This document shows, piece after piece, positions 10,421 to 23,728 of a stretch of 64,000 bases of DNA. This stretch comes from an uncultured delta proteobacterium (GTDB lineage: Bacteria > Myxococcota_A > Polyangia > Polyangiales > Polyangiaceae). Location: positions 960,001 to 1,024,000 of the forward strand of contig CAWKKR010000007.1 of NCBI GenBank assembly GCA_963850305.1, read 5' to 3'. The translations under genes and the position numbers were made by a program. Below the pieces are notes generated by a model that was not told where the DNA came from, made no database searches, and was given only the letters and a program-made list of their open reading frames with translations. The first letter of the stretch is position 1. Each line of letters opens with the position of its first letter.

Positions 10421-11356
10421 CTAGAAGGGACTCTCCCGGACTATAGTCCCACCGCTTCCCGCGGGGGTAGAAGACGGCGGATGGGCGGTGGTCGCGTGAT
10501 GCGCCGGGTGTTCCACGGTGTGCCTCTCGACGCGGGCAGCCCGCGCGGGTGGGAGGTGGTGCCTCTCGTTCTCGGGCCGTTTCGCGGCGGCGGCCGCTGT
10601 TTCGTCGTCAAGCTTCGCTGTTTCGGCTGTTTCGGCGGTCTCGGCAGCGGTTGGTTCGGCGGTAACGGAGGGTGGGGGGGGCGTAGGTGCTGGCGCGGGC
10701 AGGGCCGTTTCCGGGAGCGGTGGAGGCGCAGGAGCCGCGGCAGTCTGCGCAGGAGGCTGCGTCACGACTGGTGCCACGGTCTCCGTTCGTGGAGCAGGGG
10801 TCGACGCGCTGTCGGCGGGTCGTAATGCCGTCCTCGCAACGCCGGCGACAATCAGTCCTGCAGCGACGCCGACCACCCCGAACACCACGCCGCGTCCACG
10901 ACCCGACGCGCGGCGGCTGCGAGGTGGCTCCGTTCGGCGCGCCGCGATCGGCTCCTCTTCCTCGAACGCGAGGACATTCGGGGCGAGACCGGGTCGCGCG
11001 CGGTTTGCGCCGCTGGGGGTCTGGACGGGTTCTACTTCGACGGACGAGGCGGGTGCGACCGAGTGAAGGCTTTTCTCCGGCGAGACCAGGGGACGGGGCG
11101 GCGCGTATTGCGCTGCGACATCCGGTGTCAGTTCGCGAGCGGGCGCGGGCGCCCGAGCCGGCGGAGGGGCAGGCTCGATCGTGACGGGAGGCGGCGCGAC
11201 GAGCACCGGAGGCGCCGCTGGAGCGACCGCCGCCTCCGCAAAGGCGGGCTCATCCCACATCGCGGTGAACTGGCTCGCGAGGCGGTCCGCGTCATCGAGT
11301 GACAGCGGCGGCGCGCTCGGCTGCTTTTCATTCCCAGGCTGGTCGTTCCCGGCCAT
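10421..11356 (-). CDS. Pro/Ala-rich single-pass membrane protein of unknown function
   Basis: One TM segment (GVVFGVVGVAAGLIVAGVA) flanked by low-complexity regions; C-terminus TIVRESPF; directly upstream of the TPR-PEGA gene. Confidence 0.65.
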   Translation of the reverse strand: MAGNDQPGNEKQPSAPPLSLDDADRLASQFTAMWDEPAFAEAAVAPAAPPVLVAPPPVTIEPAPPPARAPAPARELTPDVAAQYAPPRPLVSPEKSLHSVAPASSVEVEPVQTPSGANRARPGLAPNVLAFEEEEPIAARRTEPPRSRRASGRGRGVVFGVVGVAAGLIVAGVARTALRPADSASTPAPRTETVAPVVTQPPAQTAAAPAPPPLPETALPAPAPTPPPPSVTAEPTAAETAETAETAKLDDETAAAAAKRPENERHHLPPARAARVERHTVEHPAHHATTAHPPSSTPAGSGGTIVRESPF

Positions 11357-11447
11357 TTGTCGCTCGGTAGCTCTCTTGGGTTACCGAGAATATTATGGGT
11401 AGGCTAGCACTCGCCGCGTGGCCGGCGCAACGACAGGGCCGCGCGAG

Positions 11448-13109
11448 ATGGTGCAAACTTTCAGGTTTTTGTCCCTCGCCGTCCGCTCGCGGAAGAGAAA
11501 GCCGCTAGGGCTGCTCGCCGTGAGCGTCGCCCTCGTGGCCTGTTCTGCTGACAGGGACCATCACGCGTCGCCCCGCGGTGCGCCTTCCTCATCATCCGAC
11601 GCGGCGAGTGCGCTTCTCCCTAGCCGCGCGGCCATCGTGGCGCGCGCCGACGCCCTCGCGGTCGAGGGTGCGGACCGCAACGGAGCCGAAGGAGCTCGTC
11701 GGTCCGTGGAGGCGGCGGCGCTTAGGATGCGCGCATACCGGGTGGAGCGGGTCAACGCCGATGCGCTCGAGGCGGAGGAGCTGTACCGCGGTGCCGCCCG
11801 GATCGATTGGTCCGGGGCGTGCGACGCCGAGATCGATCTGGCGCTCGTGGAAGGCGAACTTTCGGCGGATCCCGCGGCGGAATATCGCGCGCTCTATGCG
11901 ACCCGAGCGCGCCGGCGCCCCGCCCCGTGCACGGACCGTATCGATGTAGTGCTGACGACGCTTGCAGCTTTTCAGCCCCCAGCGGACGTTCTTGCCGCCA
12001 TCGATCAGGACGTCCGCGGGCGATCTCCCGCGCAACCGGCCGGCAGCGTCGCGATCATGGAACCCAGGGTGCCCGCCGAACAACCGGCGGCGCCCGCCGA
12101 GATCACCGGCCTGCGGCAATACGGCGGCAGGGACGCTGGTCGAGTCGTCGTGTTCCTCTCGCGACCGACGCGGTTCGAGGTGGGGGACCTCGCCGGGGAC
12201 GCGACGCACGCTCCGCGCGTCTTCATCGACGTCACGCAGACGAAATTCCACGGCGCGCGCGACTTCGAGGGAAGTGGACTCGTGGAGCGCGTACGCCTCG
12301 GTGCGAAGGGGACCTCGACGAGGGTCGTCCTCGATCTGGCCTCTCCCGCGTCGCAGCGCGCCTTCTACTTGCCCGAGCCGTTTCGACTCGTCATCGACGT
12401 CTGGAAAGGCGCATCGCCGTCGTCCGATCGCGGGCCTCCGCGAGTGCGGCGGGTCGTGCTCGATCCGGGTCATGGCGGGCGCGATCCCGGGGCACTCGGG
12501 CCGGACGGACTTCGGGAGAAGGACGTGGTCCTCGACGTCGCCCATCGCGCCGCGCCGCTGCTCGCGCGCGAGCTCGGCATTTCGACGTTGCTCACGCGCG
12601 ACGCCGACGTGTACGTTCCGCTCGATGAGCGCGTCGCTCGGGCGAACGCGTTTTCAGCCGACTTATTCCTGTCGATTCACTGCAACGCCAGCGAGTCTCC
12701 CGGCAGCCGCGGCGTCATGACCTTCGTGCTGGACGCTTCGCGCGACGATCTCGCGTCCCGTGTCGCGGCGCGGGAGAATGCCTCTTCCGCGGAGGCATCG
12801 GCCGAACTCGCGACGGCCATGAGTCAAGTGCTCGACCCCGGCACCCGGTCGCGGTCCAATCATTTCGGGGAGCTCCTGGAACGCGCGTCGCTAGCGTCGC
12901 TGGCGCCGCGCTACCCGGAGATCGTGGATCTGGGCGTGAAGAGCGCGGGATTCTACGTCCTTGCGGGGGCCCGGATGCCCGCGGCCTTGTTCGAGACGTC
13001 CTTCATCTCCAACACCGTCGAGGAACGACGGCTGGATTCCGGGGACTATCGCCAAAAACTCGCCGACGCGATCGTCAACGCGGTTCGCGCGTATCGAGAC
13101 GGTATCTGA
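11448..13109 (+). CDS. N-acetylmuramoyl-L-alanine amidase (probable lipoprotein; AMIN + Amidase_3)
   Basis: Lipobox LVAC; AMIN-like RVFID/RVVLDL/PFRLVID; VVLDPGHGG.DPGA, EKDVVL, FLSIHCNAS, ETSFISN. Start may be 11418. Confidence 0.9.
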   Translation: MVQTFRFLSLAVRSRKRKPLGLLAVSVALVACSADRDHHASPRGAPSSSSDAASALLPSRAAIVARADALAVEGADRNGAEGARRSVEAAALRMRAYRVERVNADALEAEELYRGAARIDWSGACDAEIDLALVEGELSADPAAEYRALYATRARRRPAPCTDRIDVVLTTLAAFQPPADVLAAIDQDVRGRSPAQPAGSVAIMEPRVPAEQPAAPAEITGLRQYGGRDAGRVVVFLSRPTRFEVGDLAGDATHAPRVFIDVTQTKFHGARDFEGSGLVERVRLGAKGTSTRVVLDLASPASQRAFYLPEPFRLVIDVWKGASPSSDRGPPRVRRVVLDPGHGGRDPGALGPDGLREKDVVLDVAHRAAPLLARELGISTLLTRDADVYVPLDERVARANAFSADLFLSIHCNASESPGSRGVMTFVLDASRDDLASRVAARENASSAEASAELATAMSQVLDPGTRSRSNHFGELLERASLASLAPRYPEIVDLGVKSAGFYVLAGARMPAALFETSFISNTVEERRLDSGDYRQKLADAIVNAVRAYRDGI

Positions 13110-13123
13110 CGAACGTTGCCGAC

Positions 13124-13978
13124 TCAGGGACGCCGCGAGACGAACCGGGTACCCACCAAAATGAAGCGCGTAGGACCCTCGGCGTTTTCGGGCACTTCGC
13201 GTGTCGGGTGCAGCGGATCTCCCGGTAACGCGAGGATCGTCTCGCCGGCGTCCTGGACGACGAAGGGGAGTGTCGGAGCTAGAGACCGCGTACGTGCGAT
13301 CGCGAGGGCGGCCTCCACGTCTACCGCGTCCCGAAAAAGTTCGAGGGTGAACGACGTCGGCGGTGCAAGGCGGATCTCGAGCCGCTCCCAGCGCGCGAGG
13401 ATATCCGCCGCTGTCGCCCAGAAGCCCCGCGTCGTTTCGTGTCCATCGTGCGCGCCGTGCTGCCTCGGCGGCGCGGCGAGCAAGTAGAATCGGGTGTCGA
13501 AGCGCCTGGATTCGACGGTGGGCGTGATCCAGCGCGACAGGGCTTGGAGGCGAGCCGTGTCGAGAACGAGGCCTGCCTCCTCGACAGCGGCGCTGAACGG
13601 TTGGCCTCTCTGCCTTGCACGCTGAAGCTCCCGTACCGCACTGTCGTCGAGATCGTCGCCGAGGACGGGGAGCAAGGCGGCCTCCTCGAGCGTTTCGCGC
13701 AGCGCCGCGACGGCGAAAGCCCGCGCGGTCGACGGGTCGTCGGAAAAGTTCCGGGGTCCCCCGCGCAGGGGCGTCGAAAGCGCGTCCCAGCAGGGGTTTC
13801 GGTCGCCGGGGTCCACTTTGCCGCCCGGGAAGACGATTGCTCCGCCCATGAAAGCGGAGCTCGGATGCCGCTCGACGCAGAAAATCTCGACGCGCCCGTT
13901 CCCGTTCCGCATGACCACCACGGTCGCCGCATCGCGTGGTATCGCTTCGGCCGCCCGCTCGTCTTGGTTCGACGGCAT
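13124..13978 (-). CDS. NUDIX hydrolase (NUDT19-like)
   Basis: PRDAATVV, FMGGAIVFPGGKVD, AALRETLEEA, WITP...RRFDTRFY. Confidence 0.85.
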   Translation of the reverse strand: MPSNQDERAAEAIPRDAATVVVMRNGNGRVEIFCVERHPSSAFMGGAIVFPGGKVDPGDRNPCWDALSTPLRGGPRNFSDDPSTARAFAVAALRETLEEAALLPVLGDDLDDSAVRELQRARQRGQPFSAAVEEAGLVLDTARLQALSRWITPTVESRRFDTRFYLLAAPPRQHGAHDGHETTRGFWATAADILARWERLEIRLAPPTSFTLELFRDAVDVEAALAIARTRSLAPTLPFVVQDAGETILALPGDPLHPTREVPENAEGPTRFILVGTRFVSRRP

Positions 13979-14091
13979 CGGGGCCAGGTTACCCGAAGGA
14001 TGGCGGAGCCAGGAGGCCCCCGCCTCCGCGAGGGAAACCGGGCTCGTACTTCCTTTTCGCACCGCGGCGCGCCTCGGCGCGTCCGTCCAGA

Positions 14092-14120
14092 TTGACGCGG
14101 GCCGGGGCGATTCCTATGTT
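14092..14120 (+). promoter_or_regulatory. Putative sigma70 promoter of dksA
   Basis: TTGACG-N17-TATGTT, ending 40 bp upstream of the ATG. Confidence 0.55.
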
Positions 14121-14160
14121 GCGAGGCTCCCAAGGGCGTAAAAGAGCGGTCCTTTTCACC

Positions 14161-14523
14161 ATGAACAAAACGCAGCTGAAGAAGTTCAAGAAGCTCCTCG
14201 AGACCAAGCGCTCCGAGATCGTGAAGAAGGCGCAGCAGACCCTCGAGCAGGACATGTCCCTGGACGCGGACGATCTGCCGGACGAGATGGATCTGGCCTC
14301 GAGCGAATATCTGCAAGCGTTCACGTTCCGTCTGCGCGGCCGAGAGAAGACCTTCCTCGACAAGATTCAGAAAGCACTCGAACGGATCGAAGACGGGTCA
14401 TTCGGCGTCTGCGAAGAATGCGGGGAGGAAATTTCTGTCAAGCGACTGGAGGCTCGACCGGAGACCACGCTCTGCATTCGATGCAAAGAGGATCAGGAGC
14501 GGGTCGAGCGCGATTTCGGTTGA
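14161..14523 (+). CDS. dksA: DksA/TraR C4 zinc-finger transcription factor
   Basis: Coiled coil with DxxDxA tip (LPDEMDLASSE); CEEC...RLEARPETTLCIRC zinc finger. Confidence 0.9.
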   Translation: MNKTQLKKFKKLLETKRSEIVKKAQQTLEQDMSLDADDLPDEMDLASSEYLQAFTFRLRGREKTFLDKIQKALERIEDGSFGVCEECGEEISVKRLEARPETTLCIRCKEDQERVERDFG

Positions 14524-14576
14524 GGGGCAAGCTTGCTCCACGTGGTCCGCTGGTCGGGCGAATCACGAGCAGTCGG

Positions 14577-17480
<2,904 letters not shown>

Positions 17481-17610
17481 TCGGAGTCTGGTAACTTAGC
17501 TGCCAAAGCCGGAACCCAACAAGCGTCACGATGCGACAATCGACCCCGGCCAACTCGAGCCCTTGTCGCGCGAGCTCCCGAAGCTCGAAAATTTTGCGGG
17601 TCGACCCAGG

Positions 17611-18600
17611 ATGACCGTGGGGCGCCTTGCGACGTTTCTGGTGATTCTGGCCGCATCATTGGTGATCGCGAGGACGCTGGTGGGGCGCCACCGCGACGCC
17701 CGCGATCCCCTGGGCGCATTCTCGCGTCTGGCTCCGCCGTTGCCGCGCCCGTCGCCCGTCGCCGCGCGACCTGCCGTCTCCGCGACGCCGCCCGTCGCGC
17801 CGCGTTCCCAGGAAAAGCTCACGAGAGAAATCACGGTGCCCACGGCCGCGCCCGTCGTGGACCCGCTCTCGGACGCGCTCTGTCCCGAAGGCATGCTCCT
17901 CGTCGAGGGCGTGACGTGCGGCGAAGCATCGCGGACGTGCCTCGCGCGCGACGCGGACGAACCGCGGAGCTGCAAGCGCTATGCGGCGTCCGTTTGTCGG
18001 AAGGGGCTACCGGTTCGTGTTTGCATGGACCAGTTCGAATATCCGAATCTCGTCGGCATGTCCCCGGCCGCGCTCGTCACGTTCGAGCAGGCGAAGGACG
18101 CGTGCACCGAGGAAGGTAAACGTCTCTGCACCGAGACCGAATGGAGCTTCGCGTGCGAGGGAGGCGACGGGCTCGCGTTTCCGTACGGAGACATCGAGGA
18201 CGCGAGTGCATGCAACGTGCTGAAGGCCGTGCCGAAGGTGCGCGCGGACTCGCTCTGGGAGGCGAGGGACATCCCAGGCGTGATGGAACGAGTGGACGCG
18301 CGCTCGAAGATCGGACAAAGGTCGAGATGCACGAGCTCCCTCGGTATTCGCGACATGGTCGGAAACGTCGAGGAGTGGGTCAAGAGCGACATCCCCGGCT
18401 TCGAGTCGGCCCTTCGTGGCGGCGAGTATTCGTCGGACCCCTCGTGCCGAACCGTGCGCCAGATCCGGCAACCCGCGTTCCGCACGTTCGACACCGGTTT
18501 CCGGTGCTGCCGGGACCCGCTCGTCAGTGCTCGGCGACTCGAGCGGGAGGATTCGCGTCCCGGAGGACCTACCGTTGCCCCCCCCGGCGGGTTCGACTAG
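17611..18600 (+). CDS. SUMF1/FGE-sulfatase (CLec-fold) domain membrane-anchored protein
   Basis: N-terminal TM; CPEGM, CMDQFEYPN, KRLCTETEWSFAC, DMVGNVEEWV, TGFRCC. Confidence 0.85.
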   Translation: MTVGRLATFLVILAASLVIARTLVGRHRDARDPLGAFSRLAPPLPRPSPVAARPAVSATPPVAPRSQEKLTREITVPTAAPVVDPLSDALCPEGMLLVEGVTCGEASRTCLARDADEPRSCKRYAASVCRKGLPVRVCMDQFEYPNLVGMSPAALVTFEQAKDACTEEGKRLCTETEWSFACEGGDGLAFPYGDIEDASACNVLKAVPKVRADSLWEARDIPGVMERVDARSKIGQRSRCTSSLGIRDMVGNVEEWVKSDIPGFESALRGGEYSSDPSCRTVRQIRQPAFRTFDTGFRCCRDPLVSARRLEREDSRPGGPTVAPPGGFD

Positions 18601-18647
18601 GTTTTCGCGCGTGGAGATCGCAGGTTTACGGAAACCCGGTCTGACCC

Positions 18648-18721
18648 GGGCCCATAGCTCAATCGGTCAGAGCCCCCGGCTCATAACCGGGTTGTTCCTG
18701 GTTCGAACCCAGGTGGGCCCA
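18648..18721 (+). tRNA. tRNA with CAT anticodon, probably tRNA-Ile2 (lysidine)
   Basis: Cloverleaf GGGCCCA...TGGGCCC-A; anticodon arm CCCGG-CTCATAA-CCGGG; TTCGAA T-loop. C4-G69 and C5-G68 pairs match TilS determinants. CCA not encoded. Confidence 0.9.
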
Positions 18722-18777
18722 CTGACCGTGCAGAGGAGCACTTCGACCGAGCTTGTGGCAAGGAGCCGAACGCACCC

Positions 18778-19524
18778 GTGAAGATAGCACCGCAGATTGA
18801 AGCTCTCGAAAAGTTGGCCGCGTTGGACGCAGAGCTCCTTGAGCTCGACGGCGTTCTTTCCCAGGAGAAGGAGGCGCTCGACAGGCGCCGGGGGCAGCAC
18901 AAGCAGCTCGAGGAAAAGCTTGCCGCATCGCGAGGCAGCATCGCGGAGATGGAGCGGACGAGAAATGAGCTGATGACCGAGGCGCGTCAGATGAGTGCGC
19001 AGATGGAGCGCTCGCGAGAGAAGTTGTCGCGCTGCCGCACGGAACGCGAGGTCAACGCGGCCCAGCGCGAGGTGGAGGAGCTCCGGAAGCTCTACCGGGA
19101 TCGGGAAATCGAAATCGACAAGCTGACGGCCATCTGCGACCAGGCGAGGAACGAGGCGGACGCAACGACGAAGGAGCGCGACACGATCGCCGCGGAGCTC
19201 GGCTCGACGGAGGGCGATGTGACGACGAAGCTCGGCGAGATCGAGCGCGACGCAGGCGGGAAGCGGAAGACCCGGGTCGGCCTAGTCGAAAAGGTGCAGC
19301 CCGCCCTCTATCGCCGGTACGAAACCATCCGGAAGCGAAAAGGGAGTGCGATTGCGCACGTGACCGACGGTACTTGCATTCAGTGTCACATGCGGATCCC
19401 GCCGATGATGTTTCAAAAGATGATGCGCGGCGATGACTTCGATCAGTGCCCGAGCTGCGCGCGCATCATCTACTACCGTCCCCCAGAGGCCATTTCCGCC
19501 GAAAGTCAGTCGGGCAGCCCGTGA
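18778..19524 (+). CDS. Coiled-coil protein with C4-type zinc ribbon (DUF164/CT398-like)
   Basis: Long heptad coil followed by CIQCHMRIPP...CPSCARIIY. Confidence 0.9.
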   Translation: MKIAPQIEALEKLAALDAELLELDGVLSQEKEALDRRRGQHKQLEEKLAASRGSIAEMERTRNELMTEARQMSAQMERSREKLSRCRTEREVNAAQREVEELRKLYRDREIEIDKLTAICDQARNEADATTKERDTIAAELGSTEGDVTTKLGEIERDAGGKRKTRVGLVEKVQPALYRRYETIRKRKGSAIAHVTDGTCIQCHMRIPPMMFQKMMRGDDFDQCPSCARIIYYRPPEAISAESQSGSP

Positions 19525-20859
19525 AAGCGTGTCGCGTTTGCGGACGGCTTTATCCGGACGACGCCGGCTTCTGCCCGATCGAGGGGCAGGAGCTCTACAG
19601 CGCCACGCAGGTGCCCGTTGCTTCGGATGATCAGGATCCGCGGATCGGCGCGCTGCTTTGCCAGCGTTATCAGATAAGACGCGTCGTTGCCGACGGCGGA
19701 ATGGGGCGCGTGTACGAGGCGCTCGATCTCGCCGGGCAGCGCAACATCGCGGTCAAGGTTCTTCACCCCGAGATCGCGCGGGACAACGTTGCCGTCGAAC
19801 GCTTCAAGCGTGAGTTCGAGGTCTCCAAGCAGCTCCCGCACAGTCACATCGTGGAGGTCATGGATTTCCAGGCCACCGGTGACGGCTCGTTCGCGCTCGC
19901 AATGGAGTTTCTCTACGGCGAGGAGCTCCGGTCGACCATCAAACGGCTGGGCGTCCTGAAGCCGGGGCGGCTCGTGCGCCTGCTGAGTCAGGTTGCGATC
20001 GGACTGGACGCGGCGCACGAGAGGAAACTCGTGCACCGCGATCTGAAGCCGGACAACCTCTTTCTCTGCCAGACGACCTCCGGCGACATCGTGAAGATCT
20101 TGGACTTCGGGTCCGTCAAAGACAAAACGACCGGAGCCAAAAAGCTGACCGTGATGGGAACGACGATCGGATCACCCTACTACATGTCCCCGGAGCAGGC
20201 TCAGGGGCTCGACACGCTCGACCAGCGCGCGGACGTCTGGGCGCTGGCCGCGATCGCGTACGAATGCGTCGCGGGAACGGTTCCGTTCAAGGGGCACAAC
20301 GGCCCCAGCATCCTCCTCGAGATTCTGACGAAGGAGCCCGAAGCGCCCAGCGTCGCGGCGAAGTCTCCGAAAATTCCCCATCCCGCCCAGCGTCGACCGG
20401 GCGATCGGCGCTGCGCTCAAGAAGACGGCAAGCCTCAGAACGCCATCGGTCGGTGCATTCGCGGATCAGATGGGGAGGGCGTACGGACTCGAGGGAGATC
20501 ATCTCCAGTGGGCGCTCGTCGAGGAAGACGTGCTCAGTGCGACGATCGATTCCAAGATGGCGGGGCTGATGGCCGCGCCCGCCCCCGTCAAGAAAGGCGC
20601 GGACGCTACCGACTCATTTTTCGGCGAAGACGACAGTCTCGGGGCAGGGATGGACGGTGCATTCGCGGGTTCTGCGGGCGCGGTTGCGCCGCCTGCGGCG
20701 AGAGTTCCCATCGCACCGGTGTCCGCGAACCCCGCATCATTTGCGAACGATGAGGTGCGGCTCGCCGGGCTTCAATCGTCTCGCGTCGGGTGGTGGCTCG
20801 TTCCCGTCGTCGTCGCCGTCGCGGTGATTGCCGGAATTCTGATAGCTCGGTTCATGTAA
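19521..20859 (+). CDS. Hanks-type Ser/Thr protein kinase with N-terminal zinc ribbon and C-terminal TM (one apparent frameshift)
   Basis: CRVC..FCP, GGMGRVY, AVKVL, HRDLKPDN, DFG, GSPYYMSPEQ. An extra A in an A-run at ~20372 shifts into the 20470..20859 frame (PIPPSVDRAI...WWLVPVVVAVAVIAGIL). Confidence 0.85.
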
Positions 20860-20872
20860 GGAATTGACGCGA

Positions 20873-21430
20873 ATGACCAGGATGAAAGCCATGCTTGCAG
20901 GTGTCCGTCTCGGCCTCGTCGGGATGTGCACGTTTTTCGCGTGCCATAACCAGGAATCCCAGGCGGCCGAAGCGGTGAAACCCGCGAAGCCCGTCGCGAG
21001 CGTTGCGGCCGCTTCCTCGTCGGGTGTGGAGGGGACTTCGGCATCGGCTGCCGATCCCGTTGCGGAGCCGTCGGCGCCGGTTTTCCACGAACAGACCTTC
21101 GACGTGGAGCTTCACGCGGTCGGAAAATACGAAACGGGGAAGCCCGGTGTGGCCGAGATTCAGCTCCACGCCAAGGCCGGCTACCACTGTAACGACAAGT
21201 ACCCGTACAAGTTCAAGCTCGCGGAGACTCCTGGCCTGAAGTTCGCGTCGCCGATCGTGATGAAGGACGCCGTCCAGCTCGAGAACGAGAACGCACGCAT
21301 GAAGCTCGAATTCACACCCGAGTCCAAAGGCGAGAAGGTCATCGCGGGGGTCTTTTCCTTCTCGCTCTGCAGCGCGGAGCGATGCCTCGTGGAGAAGAGG
21401 GATCTCTCCCTGAAAATCGACGTCGACTGA
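20873..21430 (+). CDS. Hypothetical lipoprotein (DsbD N-terminal-like beta sandwich)
   Basis: Lipobox-like FFAC; AGYHCNDKYP; FSLCSAERC. Confidence 0.65.
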   Translation: MTRMKAMLAGVRLGLVGMCTFFACHNQESQAAEAVKPAKPVASVAAASSSGVEGTSASAADPVAEPSAPVFHEQTFDVELHAVGKYETGKPGVAEIQLHAKAGYHCNDKYPYKFKLAETPGLKFASPIVMKDAVQLENENARMKLEFTPESKGEKVIAGVFSFSLCSAERCLVEKRDLSLKIDVD

Positions 21431-21475
21431 GCGGGTCCGGCGGGAGCGAAGCGATGAGAGCTATACTCCCGTCGC

Positions 21476-23728
21476 ATGTCTGAAAAAGGAATCTTGGGGC
21501 GTCTCGACGCCATTGCCCGGGACGTACGCCGCGAGTTCGGTGAGGAGCGGCGGGTCCTGAGCTTCCAAGAGTACCTCACGCTGGTCGCCGCCGCGCCCGC
21601 GCGGCAGGCACGCGACGCCGCGCGCTACCTGCGCGACACGTTCGATCACTTCGGGCGTGCGCCCCTCAAGCAGCCGTGGGGCGAATCGGTGCGTTTTCGG
21701 CTGTTCGATCTCCCCTGGCTCGACCCGTCTGCGCGCCGGGCCGCCCTCGTCGGACAGGAACGGGTCCAGGAAGAACTCTATCGCGCGTTGTCGAATTTCG
21801 TACGCGACGGGCGTCCCAATCGCTTGCCGCTCCTGCACGGACCGAACGGCTCGGCAAAAAGCACCGTCGCGGCCTGCATCGTCTCGGCGCTCGAGCATTA
21901 CTCCACGCTCGACGACGGCGCTCTCTATCGATTTCACTGGGTCTTTCCCGCAAAGACGACGGTGCGCGGTTCCATCGGCTTTTCGGAACCGCGCGGCCCT
22001 CGTCGCTCCGCGGACGGCAGTTACGCGCATTTGCCGGACGAAGAGGTCGATGCTCGGCTCTTCGTGGAGGTGCGTGACCATCCGCTCTTCCTTTTGCCAG
22101 AGAAGCAACGTCATGCACTCCTCGAAGCGCTCTATGCGGACGCGGGAGCCGAATGGCCGCCGAGCGACTGGGTGCTTCGCGGCCGCCTGTGTCACAAGAA
22201 TCGCCAGGTGTTCGACGCGCTCCTCGCGAGCTATGACGGTTCGCTCGACGAGGTTTTACGCCATGTCCAGGTGGAGCGTTACTTCATCTCGAAGCGCTAC
22301 CGTCAAGGCGCAGTCACCGTCGGCCCTCAGCTCACCGTGGACGCGGGAGAGCGCCAGTTGACCGCCGATCGGAACCTTGCATCGCTCCCGCCGTCTCTCC
22401 AATCCGTAACACTGTTCGAGGCTTTCGGTGAGCTGGTCGAAGCCTCGGGGGGTATTCTCGAGTTCTCGGACCTCCTGAAACGCCCTCTCGACGCGTTCAA
22501 GTACCTGCAGATCACCGTCGAAACGGGCGAGGTGCCGCTGCGTTCACAGACGGTGCAGGTCAACTGTGTGATGATTGGTAGCGCCAACGAGGTACAGCTC
22601 GCCGCTTTCCGGGAGCATCCAGAGTTCGAGAGCTTTCGTGGCCGGCTCGAACTCGTCCGTACGCCGTATCTCCTGCGGTGGAGCGACGAGCAGGCCATCT
22701 ACGACGCGCAGATCACACCGCAGGCGCGCGTTCACGTCGCGCCGCACGCGACGCAGGTTGCTGCGATGTTCGCCGTGCTATCGCGGCTGCGTCGCCCGAA
22801 CCCGGAACGCTACGAGCGCCCCGTGAACGAAATCGTGAGGGACTTGAGTGCGCTCGACAAGATGGACATCTACGACGATGGCCGGCTCCCGCAACGGCTC
22901 GACGACGACAGCGGCAAGCGCCTCCGCGCGGCGATCCCGGCGATCTACGAGGAGAGCGCCGGATACCCGATCTACGAAGGCAGCGTCGGCGCGAGCCCTC
23001 GCGAAATGCGCACCGTGCTTCTCGATGCCGCGCAGGACGGCCGCTACACGTGCCTGTCGCCCTTTGCCGTTCTCGACCAGCTGGACAAGCTCTGCCAGAA
23101 GGAGAGCGAGTACGTCTGGCTCCAGCAGGATCCCCAGCCGAACGGCTATCACGACCACGTCTCTTTCCGGAAGGCACTCCGTATCCGGCTGCTCGACTCG
23201 ATCGAAGACGAGTTTCGGATCGCGAGCGGGCTCGTGGACGAAGATAGCTATCGCGATCTGTTCTCGCGTTATGTCAAGCACGTCGGTTCGTGGGTGAAGG
23301 GCGAAAAGATTCGGAACCAGCTGACGGGAACCGCCGAAAATCCCGACGAAAGACTCATGGAGGAAATCGAGTCGCGCCTCGGCTATCCCGACAGAGCCGA
23401 GGAAACGCGCCGATCTCTCGTCAACCAGATCGCGGGTTGGGTTATCGAGCATCCTGACGATCCGATCGATGACACGCGTGTTTTTGCCACGCAGCTCAAG
23501 CGGTTACGCGACGCCGTCTTCGGTGAGAAGCGGGTCGCGATCGCGCGTCTCGTGCGCGATCTGGTCGTCCTGTTGCGCGCGGAGGGAACCGGGCTCGCCC
23601 AGTCGCGTCTCGTCGACGTTCGCGGGCTGCTGCAGCGACTGACAGCGCGCTTCGGGTACGAAGAGAGCTCGGCCGGGGACGCCGCGGCGGCGCTCATTCG
23701 CGAACGCTACGCCGAGATCCTGGCCTAG
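21476..23728 (+). CDS. prkA: PrkA/YeaG-family AAA serine protein kinase
   Basis: LSFQEYL, LLHGPNGSAKST, GELVEASGGILEFSDLLKRP, PYLL, GASPRE. Confidence 0.85.
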   Translation: MSEKGILGRLDAIARDVRREFGEERRVLSFQEYLTLVAAAPARQARDAARYLRDTFDHFGRAPLKQPWGESVRFRLFDLPWLDPSARRAALVGQERVQEELYRALSNFVRDGRPNRLPLLHGPNGSAKSTVAACIVSALEHYSTLDDGALYRFHWVFPAKTTVRGSIGFSEPRGPRRSADGSYAHLPDEEVDARLFVEVRDHPLFLLPEKQRHALLEALYADAGAEWPPSDWVLRGRLCHKNRQVFDALLASYDGSLDEVLRHVQVERYFISKRYRQGAVTVGPQLTVDAGERQLTADRNLASLPPSLQSVTLFEAFGELVEASGGILEFSDLLKRPLDAFKYLQITVETGEVPLRSQTVQVNCVMIGSANEVQLAAFREHPEFESFRGRLELVRTPYLLRWSDEQAIYDAQITPQARVHVAPHATQVAAMFAVLSRLRRPNPERYERPVNEIVRDLSALDKMDIYDDGRLPQRLDDDSGKRLRAAIPAIYEESAGYPIYEGSVGASPREMRTVLLDAAQDGRYTCLSPFAVLDQLDKLCQKESEYVWLQQDPQPNGYHDHVSFRKALRIRLLDSIEDEFRIASGLVDEDSYRDLFSRYVKHVGSWVKGEKIRNQLTGTAENPDERLMEEIESRLGYPDRAEETRRSLVNQIAGWVIEHPDDPIDDTRVFATQLKRLRDAVFGEKRVAIARLVRDLVVLLRAEGTGLAQSRLVDVRGLLQRLTARFGYEESSAGDAAAALIRERYAEILA

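Noticed and set aside
17481..17610. LexA/SOS box upstream of uvrA
   Set aside because: No recognisable LexA-type motif found by eye.
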